Positions 19,750 through 28,660 of a stretch of 64,000 bases of DNA are shown here, piece after piece; within the stretch, counting starts at the first letter, position 1; the number at the start of each line of letters is the position of its first letter. The notes beneath the pieces are model-generated. The model ran no database searches and was not told the DNA's origin. It was given only the letters and a program-made list of their open reading frames with translations. This DNA comes from Nitrosopumilus sp. (GTDB lineage Archaea > Thermoproteota > Nitrososphaeria > Nitrososphaerales > Nitrosopumilaceae). The DNA is taken from positions 1,952,001 through 2,016,000 of the forward strand of contig OZ243974.1 in NCBI GenBank assembly GCA_965214775.1. Reading direction: 5' to 3'. The position numbers were made by a program, and so were the translations under genes.

Positions 19750-20517
19750 GTGGGCTCATCAGTGAGAACTAGGCTAATTGCTTGCGAGCATGCAAGCACG
19801 ACAATACTTGACGGGGAGACGGTCTGCAGGAAATGCGGCGTAGTCCTCGGCGAGCAGCGCGAGCAGGTGCCTGCCGGCGAGCGTGAGGCTGCCGGGGCAA
19901 AGTCTACTACAAACATCTATGAGAGGCATGTCACAGGCAGCCGGGACATAATTCCGGATACCGACCAGATGAAGTCCCTCCGGCGCTATTCGCACACGAA
20001 CATCTATGACAATGACAGCAGGAAAAAGCTCAGGAACATATCTCGGTTTTCAAACGCATGCGACTCGCTGGGGATCGATGACACCGCTGCAGAGTACGCC
20101 GTAAGGCTGTTCCACGCGGCCCTCAAGCAGAGGGGCGGCGACAGGCGGACAGCCGACGTGGCTGCCTGGTCTATCTACAAGAGCTGCAAGAACCACGGCA
20201 TCCCGATCGACGGCAACGTCATAGCCGACAACGTAAGGCGGCAGTTCGGGCGGATGCGGATAGGCGACATTATGAGCATCGCGTATGACATGATGGACAT
20301 CCCCGTCAAGGACAACCCCGACGGCGTCATGAAGTACCACTTTCGGCTGGTCCTCAAGAGGCTGACAAAAAAGCTCCCCCGCATGGACGACAGGCAGTAC
20401 TCAAGAAGGCAGGCAGATGCCTGGAACCTGTACAATACGCTATTTCTGTCCGGCTCCTACGACAAGAGGGCAAAGAACGCAGTATGCAAGGCCTTTGGAA
20501 TAAGGAGGAACACATGA
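19750..20517 (+). CDS. Transcription initiation factor IIB (TFB)-like protein
   Basis: Zn ribbon CEH..GETVCRKCGVVL; cyclin-fold segment ACDSLGI..AVRLF..VAAWSIYKSCKNHGIP; start codon uncertain. Confidence 0.8.
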   Translation: MGSSVRTRLIACEHASTTILDGETVCRKCGVVLGEQREQVPAGEREAAGAKSTTNIYERHVTGSRDIIPDTDQMKSLRRYSHTNIYDNDSRKKLRNISRFSNACDSLGIDDTAAEYAVRLFHAALKQRGGDRRTADVAAWSIYKSCKNHGIPIDGNVIADNVRRQFGRMRIGDIMSIAYDMMDIPVKDNPDGVMKYHFRLVLKRLTKKLPRMDDRQYSRRQADAWNLYNTLFLSGSYDKRAKNAVCKAFGIRRNT

Positions 20518-21635
20518 AGGCCTCAGAGGAAAGGGTGATGACAAGCCGCATCGAGGAGCCCATATACCAGGCAACCGTCATCATATCATCAAACGTCAGG
20601 CTTCTTGCAAAGGCCATCGCAGAAAAGGGAGTCCCTCCTACCAGGCCGATCCTCGCAAAGCTTGACGGCAGGTACTATCCTGTCGGAAACATAGAGACCG
20701 TCATGGCTGCCATGGAGGCCGGGCTGAAGAGCATTGCATGTTCTGTCATACCCGTAAAGTCAAAGACGGACATGATAAACCTGCACCTGCTGCATACGCG
20801 CTCTAGCACCTACAACCCGGTAAGGTTCACCAGGATGATAAACGAGGCCATAAGTGAGAACGTCGAGATTGACATCGGAAACCTGCCAAACTCGTTTCGG
20901 AGGAGGATCAGTCTTGTCCCCGACGTCGAAAAGCGGCTTGACGACTTTGTGGCGGACATGGGCAGGAAGATGATCGAGGTCCCGTCCATGCTGCACATAG
21001 TGGCCCCCCTCTCCCGCCTTGAGCCCGAGGATCAAAAGGCGGCGCTGAAGATGGTCCTCAACTATACGACGATGCGCAAGCAGGCGTACCCGCCAGACCA
21101 GATAACGCTCAACCAGATCTTCGAGCAGTACCGCTACAAGGACTCTGGAGGAAACGGCGATGATGGTGATGACGGTGACGGCGGGCCCGGTGCCTCCGGG
21201 GGCGATGACAATGCAGGGGAGCCCGGGGCAAATCCTAGGTCAAAGCCGGCGCAGGATCCTGCCGGTGACGATGACGTCGAGATGGATCTTGCAAAGAAAA
21301 GGGGATCTGTCGGCGTCCGGATAAAGCCAAAGTCCGACTCGATAGAGTACCAGTGCAAGTGCAGCAGGAAGATACTCGTGAACCTCAAGAACGGGATGGT
21401 CCAGAGGATGGAGGATAATGGGGCAAACATACTTGCCGTAAACGACGATGAGAACACGTCAGTCTGCTACATGCTCCCGGGAGAGCTGGCATCACAGCTG
21501 GAGCTTGACGTCTCTGACATCATAAACTGCTACCTCATAGGCGGCAAAAAATCCGAAAAGGCCGCCCTGATCACCAAGAGAAAGATCCCAAAGAAGGTGC
21601 AGGCCGAGATCTCAAGGGCGCTGAGGTCCGCCTGA
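20514..21635 (+). CDS. ParB/Srx N-terminal domain protein (divergent)
   Basis: LAKAIAEKGV..PIL..DGRYYPVGN..AAMEAGLKSI..V resembles the ParB-N fold; the canonical GxRR motif is degenerate. Confidence 0.6.
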   Translation: MKASEERVMTSRIEEPIYQATVIISSNVRLLAKAIAEKGVPPTRPILAKLDGRYYPVGNIETVMAAMEAGLKSIACSVIPVKSKTDMINLHLLHTRSSTYNPVRFTRMINEAISENVEIDIGNLPNSFRRRISLVPDVEKRLDDFVADMGRKMIEVPSMLHIVAPLSRLEPEDQKAALKMVLNYTTMRKQAYPPDQITLNQIFEQYRYKDSGGNGDDGDDGDGGPGASGGDDNAGEPGANPRSKPAQDPAGDDDVEMDLAKKRGSVGVRIKPKSDSIEYQCKCSRKILVNLKNGMVQRMEDNGANILAVNDDENTSVCYMLPGELASQLELDVSDIINCYLIGGKKSEKAALITKRKIPKKVQAEISRALRSA

Positions 21636-21721
21636 GCTTGCACGCAGCGTGCCTGTCTGGCAGCCGGCCCGGGTGCGCCGAGGCCGGCATTGGGCTTGCG
21701 TCGCCTGAGTGCTTTGTCGGC

Positions 21722-22285
21722 ATGTCACACGACTGGTACACCGAGCACATATCAAGGAGCGGCAGCATGTACGGCCTGCTGGACATCATGATGAGCCTGA
21801 TGCATGCACGCAACGCGGTTCCAAGGGAGGATCTTGCAAAGGCGGCCTGCTCGGCAGGAATCCGCAAGAATGAGATCTCGCGGTGCAAGAGGCGGGGGCT
21901 GATAGGCAGCGACGGAGCGCACCTGCACGTCACAGGAAAGGGTTACGGACTCTTTGCTGCGGCCAGGATGGGCATACGGCCGCTGTCGCTTCTGATACTG
22001 TGCCATGCCCACGCATATGTCAGGGCCACAGGAATGTACGGCAAGTCAAACGACATGTTCTCAGAGATGTACGGCGTGGTCGTAAAGAACCACGTGTTTT
22101 CCAGCAGGTTCTCTGCCCTGGTCAAGCACGGCTGGATAAGGAAACAGGGGAGGCGCGGCGCGTTCTGGGAGTTCCCGCGCGCCGGGGAGCTGGAAGGCTA
22201 TGCCAGCATACTTGACGGCATACATGCAGCAATGTCGGAGAAAAAGACCATTTTAAGTGACGCGGGGGTTTTCGCGCATGGATGA
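21722..22285 (+). CDS. Hypothetical protein, probable winged-helix DNA-binding protein
   Basis: Two wHTH-like segments (RGLI..LHVTGKG; FSALVKHGWIRK). Confidence 0.5.
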   Translation: MSHDWYTEHISRSGSMYGLLDIMMSLMHARNAVPREDLAKAACSAGIRKNEISRCKRRGLIGSDGAHLHVTGKGYGLFAAARMGIRPLSLLILCHAHAYVRATGMYGKSNDMFSEMYGVVVKNHVFSSRFSALVKHGWIRKQGRRGAFWEFPRAGELEGYASILDGIHAAMSEKKTILSDAGVFAHG

Positions 22286-22958
22286 CTATCTTGCAGTCGC
22301 CGTGGCAGTCATAATGATGGCGCCTCTTGCGTGGTCGGACGTCCGGAGCCGCACCACGTACAATGACATCACGTTATCCATGACGGGGGTCGCCGCATGC
22401 TTTTTCGTCTACGGGTTCCTTACGCGGTATATGCACCAGGATCCCCTGTGGCTGCTACTGACGTTTGCCGGCATCGGCATGGCGGCAGCCATGCTCCTGA
22501 TGTATTTTATGCGCGTCTGCGGGCTCGGGGACGTGGCGGCTGCCGCCATAATCGCCATGATGATCCCGCAGGTCGGCGGGTTTCCAGCCGCGTTTGCGGC
22601 CATATTCTGCTCGTATATTCTGGGGATTGCCTTCACCGTGTCACACAACGTCTGTGCAAACATGTCTGACATGGCGCGCGGCAGAAAGTACTGCCGCTCG
22701 ATGATATACACGCACATCAAGCGCAGGGGGGAACGGTTCTGCTGCAGGCCTGCCTCCCTGTCAAGGATAGGTTCTGTCGGCCACGACGGCGACCTCCTGG
22801 ATGCGGATGGCGGCGACCTGTTTGTGGACGAGAAGGTAAAGGGAATGCCCGTTACCAAGAGCGTACCGATGGTCACCATGATGTTTGCGTCCCTGGTCGG
22901 CGTCTCACTCCTCTCGCTGTTTGGAGGCATAGGCGGGTATCTTGACTTCCTTAAATAG
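22278..22958 (+). CDS. Prepilin peptidase (A24, PibD/FlaK-like)
   Basis: Multi-TM protein; WSDVRSR first catalytic Asp, GLGD second Asp, C-terminal VPM motif. Confidence 0.85.
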   Translation: MDDYLAVAVAVIMMAPLAWSDVRSRTTYNDITLSMTGVAACFFVYGFLTRYMHQDPLWLLLTFAGIGMAAAMLLMYFMRVCGLGDVAAAAIIAMMIPQVGGFPAAFAAIFCSYILGIAFTVSHNVCANMSDMARGRKYCRSMIYTHIKRRGERFCCRPASLSRIGSVGHDGDLLDADGGDLFVDEKVKGMPVTKSVPMVTMMFASLVGVSLLSLFGGIGGYLDFLK

Positions 22959-22977
22959 AACCCGGCATTACACTGTG

Positions 22978-23895
22978 ATGATTCCAATCGGACTTGACAT
23001 CGGAACAGGATACGTCAAGATTTCCGGAAACGGAAGGAAGAGAAAGTTTCCATCGCTGTATTCGTGCATGTACTCTGACGGGCGCGGCGACATCGAGGAC
23101 CAAAAGGCGCCGGCAAGAAAGAGGGTGCTCGTAGAGTCAACCGGCATGGATGCGCTTGCCATGGGTTCTGCGCGGAACGGCGTCATGATACGCCCCGTAA
23201 AGCACGGCGTCCCGCACAACGATTCGGGCTTTGCCGCACTCGTGAGGGAGGCAGTCCGGTCGATAGGGGTAAGCGACCCCTCGCAGGCAGTCATTGCCGC
23301 AGGCGTGACTTATGACGCGCAGGACAAGGTTCCGCAGATAAGCCGCATAATAACCAAGACGCTGTCCCCCGGCGGGCTGCGCATAATCCCGCAGGCCTAC
23401 GGCACGCTGATGTCATGCAAGACTAGGAGGGGCACCGTCGTGAACATAGGCCACGGCACTACCGAAATAATAGCCATACGCGACGGCATGCACGAGGGCA
23501 CGTCCATACCCAAGGCCGTAAGCTTTGTCACTGACCAGCTTGACAAGCGCCGGGGCTCCTACGTCGACTACAAGTCGCTCCTGTCGCGCGACGAGGCCAT
23601 GACCGCGCGGCTGGTAAAGCTGCTGGCAGAGCACATCGCCGACGAGGTCTCAAGGTTCGGCGCCTCGACTGAGGGGATAATACTTGCGGGCGGCGGCTCG
23701 CTCCTGCCAGGAATGCGCGAGAACCTGGAGGCCATGCTCGGTGTCACGATCACGGTTCCCGACGATCCCGTATACAGCAATGCTGCAGGCCTTGAGATGA
23801 TTGCAGCCAAGAGATCCGGCAGGGCCGCCGCTCCGGAGGACAGGGCAGAGACTGCGCCTGCGGCCGCCGGAAACCCGCCCGGGCCTTCTGCCTGA
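22978..23895 (+). CDS. ParM/StbA-like actin-fold ATPase
   Basis: IGLDIGTGYVK (phosphate 1), PQAYG, VVNIGHGTTE (phosphate 2), ILAGGGS (adenosine), NAAG. Confidence 0.85.
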   Translation: MIPIGLDIGTGYVKISGNGRKRKFPSLYSCMYSDGRGDIEDQKAPARKRVLVESTGMDALAMGSARNGVMIRPVKHGVPHNDSGFAALVREAVRSIGVSDPSQAVIAAGVTYDAQDKVPQISRIITKTLSPGGLRIIPQAYGTLMSCKTRRGTVVNIGHGTTEIIAIRDGMHEGTSIPKAVSFVTDQLDKRRGSYVDYKSLLSRDEAMTARLVKLLAEHIADEVSRFGASTEGIILAGGGSLLPGMRENLEAMLGVTITVPDDPVYSNAAGLEMIAAKRSGRAAAPEDRAETAPAAAGNPPGPSA

Positions 23896-23968
23896 CTGCC
23901 GTGGTGCATATCTGGCGCACGCAGGCCGCACGCCGATGTCTTAATAGCGGAATGATATCCTGTATTGT

Positions 23969-24907
23969 ATGTCGGCTGTGGTGACTGGTATCGTCGTTGT
24001 TCTGGTAGTCGCAGGCATAGCCTGGTTCGGGGTCAATCATGCAGGTGATGATATGACGCCGGAGATGCATGAGGATGCCGGTTATGTGCCGCCCGTCACA
24101 ATAGCCGTCGATTCACCGCCGACGAGGAATTATGCGGCAGTCGCCGGCGCGGCAAGGCAGGCGGCCGACGCATGGAACTCGGCCAATCCAGGCGGGGTAT
24201 ACTTCAGTGTCGGCGCAGCTGATGACACCGACATAGTGATTGTGCTGACAGACAAGATAGCCGGCGATACCGTGGGTCTGTACCAGTCTGGACGCTGGGG
24301 CGAGCCTGCCACCATAACCGTAGAGAGTGGAAGGCCGTGGTGTGACGGCGTGTTCCGCACGTACTCGGAGGGAATGATGGCAGATACGATAGCCCACGAG
24401 CTGGGACACCACCTGGGTCTCGGCCATACCGCCGACGAGTCGCACCTGATGTACGGCATGCATGATCCGCCCCCCGTACACGCGCATTCATTTGACGATC
24501 TCGGGTACTCCATGCCGCAGCTTGCGGGGCACCAGCAGTTTGGCGCGCTGGTGCCGCTGGCAGCCGAGATGGATGCCGCCGAGTCGGAGATGGCCGTGCT
24601 CGACGCCGGCATGGACGATGCCATCGGGCGCATAGATCGTCTTGCGGCAGAGCACGAGAGTCTTGCGGTTGTGTATGACGAGATTGCCGGCCGGTACGCG
24701 TCGCTTGCAGGCGACGGCGGCGCACACCTGCAGGCCCAGGCCCTTCATGACAGGCTTGAGGAGATTCTTGTGGAGATACGGGCAGTCGAGGACGGCATGG
24801 AGGGGGCCGTGGCAGACTATGACGACATGGAGGCCAGGTACAACGGGGCCGTCGGCAGGTACAACGCCGCTGCCGAAAAGTACAACTGCGCGGCAGGCGG
24901 GACGTAG
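23969..24907 (+). CDS. Membrane-anchored matrixin-like zinc metalloprotease with C-terminal coiled coil
   Basis: HELGHHLGLGH zinc motif plus Met-turn HLMY; N-terminal TM. Confidence 0.85.
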   Translation: MSAVVTGIVVVLVVAGIAWFGVNHAGDDMTPEMHEDAGYVPPVTIAVDSPPTRNYAAVAGAARQAADAWNSANPGGVYFSVGAADDTDIVIVLTDKIAGDTVGLYQSGRWGEPATITVESGRPWCDGVFRTYSEGMMADTIAHELGHHLGLGHTADESHLMYGMHDPPPVHAHSFDDLGYSMPQLAGHQQFGALVPLAAEMDAAESEMAVLDAGMDDAIGRIDRLAAEHESLAVVYDEIAGRYASLAGDGGAHLQAQALHDRLEEILVEIRAVEDGMEGAVADYDDMEARYNGAVGRYNAAAEKYNCAAGGT

Positions 24908-25218
24908 CGAATGGATGCCGGGATTGAACCCATGGAGTGGAGGGAGAGTGGCGGCGGGAGTACGACATGCTGGAGCGCGACTTTGACCGGTTCCTGGACT
25001 ATTTTGCCAGAAACAAGCAGTGCTGGTGCGACATGGACGGGTGCAAGACGTGCGAGGGGTCTGTGGTGCTGGTGTCGTTAGGAGGTGTTTGAGAATGCTT
25101 TATGTGTGAGGACGTAAATGCGAGCTGCCACAGTGCATTGGATCTGAAAGACGCAGACATGACGCAGAAGAGACGTAGAACCGGCACGCGTGATGACAGA
25201 TATCGTCTGCATCACACA

Positions 25219-26062
25219 CTTTCCACAACGATAACGTTGTGGCCCCATTGAAGCTGACAGTAATGAATTTGAGGCAGAGATGGATATGATCTTTCCACAA
25301 CGATAACGTTGTGGCCCCATTGAAGCCAGAGTATGAATCCAAAACCAGAAAGAAGGTACCAACTTTCCACAACGATAACGTTGTGGCCCCATTGAAGCGT
25401 CGTACATAGTTCCTCATAAGTAGGATCTAAGCGATCTTTCCACAACGATAACGTTGTGGCCCCATTGAAGCATGCGCCGTTACTCTGAGACCCAATTGCG
25501 CCGAGGTGCACTTTCCACAACGATAACGTTGTGGCCCCATTGAAGCTCGACATAGCAGGATTATCTTCTTCCTCATTCCCAGATCTTTCCACAACGATAA
25601 CGTTGTGGCCCCATTGAAGCTCTGGCAGGTGAGGCGACCAAAAAACAATTGGACGCGCTTTCCACAACGATAACGTTGTGGCCCCATTGAAGCCCACGAC
25701 CTGATGGTCAAGTTTTCCTCAGGAGGATCCTTTCCACAACGATAACGTTGTGGCCCCATTGAAGCTCAGTCCCCACCGCAGATGCTTTCCGAACGCCCAT
25801 TCTCTTTCCACAACGATAACGTTGTGGCCCCATTGAAGCCTGAGGCAGGCAGACAGACCATAATGCGTGACCTGATTCTTTCCACAACGATAACGTTGTG
25901 GCCCCATTGAAGCCAGCATGATTCGCACGTCCTGCTTGCAATATGCAGAAAGCTTTCCACAACGATAACGTTGTGGCCCCATTGAAGCTGTTCTATGCCA
26001 TGAGGGAGTAGTTACCAATACCCCATCTTTCCGCGACGTTATCGCTGCGGCCCCATTGAAGC
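25219..26062 (+). CRISPR. CRISPR array, 12 repeats and 11 spacers, no cas genes in the window
   Basis: 36-bp repeat CTTTCCACAACGATAACGTTGTGGCCCCATTGAAGC present 11 times identically plus a degenerate last copy (26027-26062); unique spacers of 36-39 bp; 8-bp hairpin; ATTGAAGC 3' end typical of type I-G (I-U) repeats. Confidence 0.97.
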
Positions 26063-26265
26063 GGGCCTCACCGGCGTTTTTATGCTAATCATACATCATA
26101 CATCATGGGCAGCGATGTTGGTAATGATGATGCATGTAACGGCATATGCGGAAAGCTGGATCGGACAAATGCCCTCCTGCAGGATATTCTGACAGAGCTC
26201 AAAAAAATGAATTATCCCCATCCCCCGTAAAGCCTTATCTTGCTGGAATTTCAGTATTACATACC

Positions 26266-26712
26266 ATGGATTGTATCGTGCGCAAAAGTTCCGTCAAAAG
26301 ACAGCCGTTTCCTGATTTTATTGCAATCATGACCACAAACACAATGAGCCAACTCAGTATTTCAAGTGGCGACTATGTTGTTTTTGAGAATACCCTGATC
26401 AACGAATCTGACAGGTCACAACCGCCAAAGACCCTGAAAATAAAAGCTCCCGTGATAAACGGCAGTGATGAAGTGGTAGAAATGGAGGATCTGAAGGATG
26501 GTGAGGTGGCCATGGATCAAACGTGCCGGGCAGCCATATCAGTCAAGGAGGGCGATTCAGTCAAGGTCACAATATCCATCACGGCTGTCTTTGCTATAGG
26601 CGATCCCAACCCACTCTATTGGATCCCAATCATTGCATTTGGCGTGTGGACTGCATGGAGCATACTGACATCATCCACATACAAGACCGCATCATCCGAA
26701 CTGTCTTTCTAG
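26266..26712 (+). CDS. Small protein with CDC48-N-like double-psi barrel and C-terminal TM
   Basis: TMSQLSISSGDYV and AMDQTCRAAISVKEGDSVKV match the duplicated GD-box pattern. Confidence 0.5.
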   Translation: MDCIVRKSSVKRQPFPDFIAIMTTNTMSQLSISSGDYVVFENTLINESDRSQPPKTLKIKAPVINGSDEVVEMEDLKDGEVAMDQTCRAAISVKEGDSVKVTISITAVFAIGDPNPLYWIPIIAFGVWTAWSILTSSTYKTASSELSF

Positions 26713-27555
26713 TTTTTCGATTCTGAGGGGCCTTGTGCCGTGTGGCAGCTCTGCAAGCCGTATGGGATTGTCCGCAGAGTATTTTTCAGACAGTATCCTT
26801 CCGTATTCTTTGCTGTTTCTGGCAGCGCTATGCGCGAATTCAGACGCATCGCATGGTGGTGGTGGTTGCGCCTCCTGCCAGCCTGCATCATCGGCCAGCA
26901 TGCCGCACAGGGTTTCCAGCATGTCTTTCTGTGACAGCGCCCTGAACCTGCGGCCTGTGGCATGCACCTCTGCAAGGCTGATCACCTGGTTGTCAATACA
27001 CAGCACCCCCCCAGTCCCGACATATGCATAGACTGGGGAGAACGACTCTCCGTTTTTTAGTGTGAGGCCGGCGTCGATTTCGGCCAGCATGTAGTGGTTG
27101 CCGCGTCCCTCACTTGCATCCATCACCTCGATCTGCTTCTCATGCAGCACGTTGACCCACACGTCAACTGTCGTACCTGGGGATCTCGTAATTGTTGCGG
27201 GTACTGACCCGTACGAAGCAAAGAACGGGGCATACACTACATCGCAGTCATTCAGGGTTGCCCGTAACACCGGCATCGGGTCAGACTCTGAGAATTTGGA
27301 TTTTAGCTGGGCAGGACAGGCATTGGAACCATACCCCACCACCATGTATCTGTCCTGTTTTGAGGGGGCCGCAGCAATATCACTGTGGAAGTTCAAAGAC
27401 TCCTCTATCTTTTTACCGGCTGTTTCGTGTATGGGCACGATGTGGTTCCCGCAAAATACAAACGACGTGTCAGGACGCCTTCCTGGGTATGATTCGGGCA
27501 CGTGCCTTGGCGCCGGCCCAAATTCTTCCACCGGGGTTTCTCCGTTACCTGACAT
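26692..27555 (-). CDS. Hypothetical protein with gamma-glutamylcyclotransferase-like fold
   Basis: VVGYGSN motif and late MDASEG motif. Confidence 0.6.
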   Translation of the reverse strand: MSGNGETPVEEFGPAPRHVPESYPGRRPDTSFVFCGNHIVPIHETAGKKIEESLNFHSDIAAAPSKQDRYMVVGYGSNACPAQLKSKFSESDPMPVLRATLNDCDVVYAPFFASYGSVPATITRSPGTTVDVWVNVLHEKQIEVMDASEGRGNHYMLAEIDAGLTLKNGESFSPVYAYVGTGGVLCIDNQVISLAEVHATGRRFRALSQKDMLETLCGMLADDAGWQEAQPPPPCDASEFAHSAARNSKEYGRILSEKYSADNPIRLAELPHGTRPLRIEKLERQFG

Positions 27556-27753
27556 TATGCTGTGTCATGGTGTCTGCGTATTTAAGATGCGGTGATTTAC
27601 GGCATGAATGCCCGGCTCCCAGAAAGCTGAGGACCTGATTTTTTGCTTATTACCGGTGGATCCGTAATACGTGTGTTGAGCACGATGATGTATTTCGCGG
27701 CACTGGCTGCGCTCTTGGCAATGATGATCCCCCTTCCCTTCTTTATGGCACAC

Positions 27754-28126
27754 GCCGACGGGCTGATGGGCAGGCACTCGCCGGAGCTGCGCCGGCTGTT
27801 TGAGACCAAGCTGCGCAACGTCCTGTTCGGATACAGGGATACGCAGAACGAACCGCTGAAAGCTCTTGTCAGGAGGATGTGCAATGCCCTGCCGGGCCTG
27901 TTTGCGTTCCTAGAGTACGAGGGCGTCGAGCCCACCAACAATTCCGCAGAGCGGGCGCTGCGCCCCGTCGTACTGCAGGACAAGATAAGCGGCCAGATCA
28001 AGGGCGGCCTGGTCTGGATGGGCAGGTACGGATGGCTCAACACATGCACCTCGACATGGAAGCTGCAGGGCAAGTCCATCGTAGTCGAGGTAGCCAAAAT
28101 AATCTAGGGGGTAGGTGACCTCATAC
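27754..28126 (+). mobile_element. IS66 3' remnant (same family as 10661-12296)
   Basis: Near-identical to the transposase 3' end, ends in TAGGTGACCTCATAC, and is fused in frame to an unrelated hydrophobic N-terminus (27643). Confidence 0.9.
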
Positions 28127-28393
28127 GATCTGAGCGTCGACGGGTTCGAGTGCATCAGGTCGCAGGAGATGTATCCAGTCCTGAAGCGGAGGTTCGACGT
28201 AGAGATCGAGGTTCCGGGCGTCTCATTCGCAAGGAGATTCGTCGAGTCGCCCTTCGGCCAGAACTACAATCCCGACAACCCTGCAGACAGGGCGTGGCTG
28301 GACAGGATCCTTGAGATGGATGAAAAGCATATGAAGTCACACGGCTTGAAACCCGAGAGCGTCTTCCTGATTCTCAAAGGGATCGGCGGCTGA
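28127..28393 (+). pseudogene. C-terminal fragment of a truncated gene (possibly SAM-dependent methyltransferase)
   Basis: Protein-like frame begins right at the IS66 end with no native start; family call is tentative. Confidence 0.4.
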
Positions 28394-28660
28394 AAGTACC
28401 ACGGATCCGGGCAGAGACGGCATGGCCACCAGACTGGCAGGATCATGTGTCGGCCTTTGCAGATATACAGTGAAATCCCCTCTAGTTAGTTTCCAACCGG
28501 CGCCGAACTAGCAGGATAGCGTACCGGTAACAGGTCGGGCTCGGGAAGTTCAGGCGTGAGATTTGCCATCTTGGAGGCCCCCTTGGGCAGCACCCACAGC
28601 TAGCAGGAAGATCTGGAAAAATCACAACACATAAAGATCCCATGATCTGCCTTCCGGGTA

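Larger units (their letters stand above)
1..26062 (+). mobile_element. Integrated conjugative/plasmid-like element (left end outside the window, right end uncertain)
   Basis: Co-oriented, overlapping genes that are visibly more GC-rich than the housekeeping genes at 44-64 kb. Carries a VirD4-like ATPase, pilus genes, ParB/ParM-like proteins, TFB, a tRNA and a CRISPR array. No integrase or att site is seen in the window. Confidence 0.7.

Noticed and set aside
24908-25218. Small Cys-containing ORF (about 24967-25092) before the CRISPR array
   Set aside because: About 41 codons with no recognisable motif; the region may simply be the leader
25078-26018. Several minus-strand ORFs with repeated peptides (MGPQRYRCGK, FNGATTLSLWK)
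   Set aside because: They are translations of the CRISPR repeats
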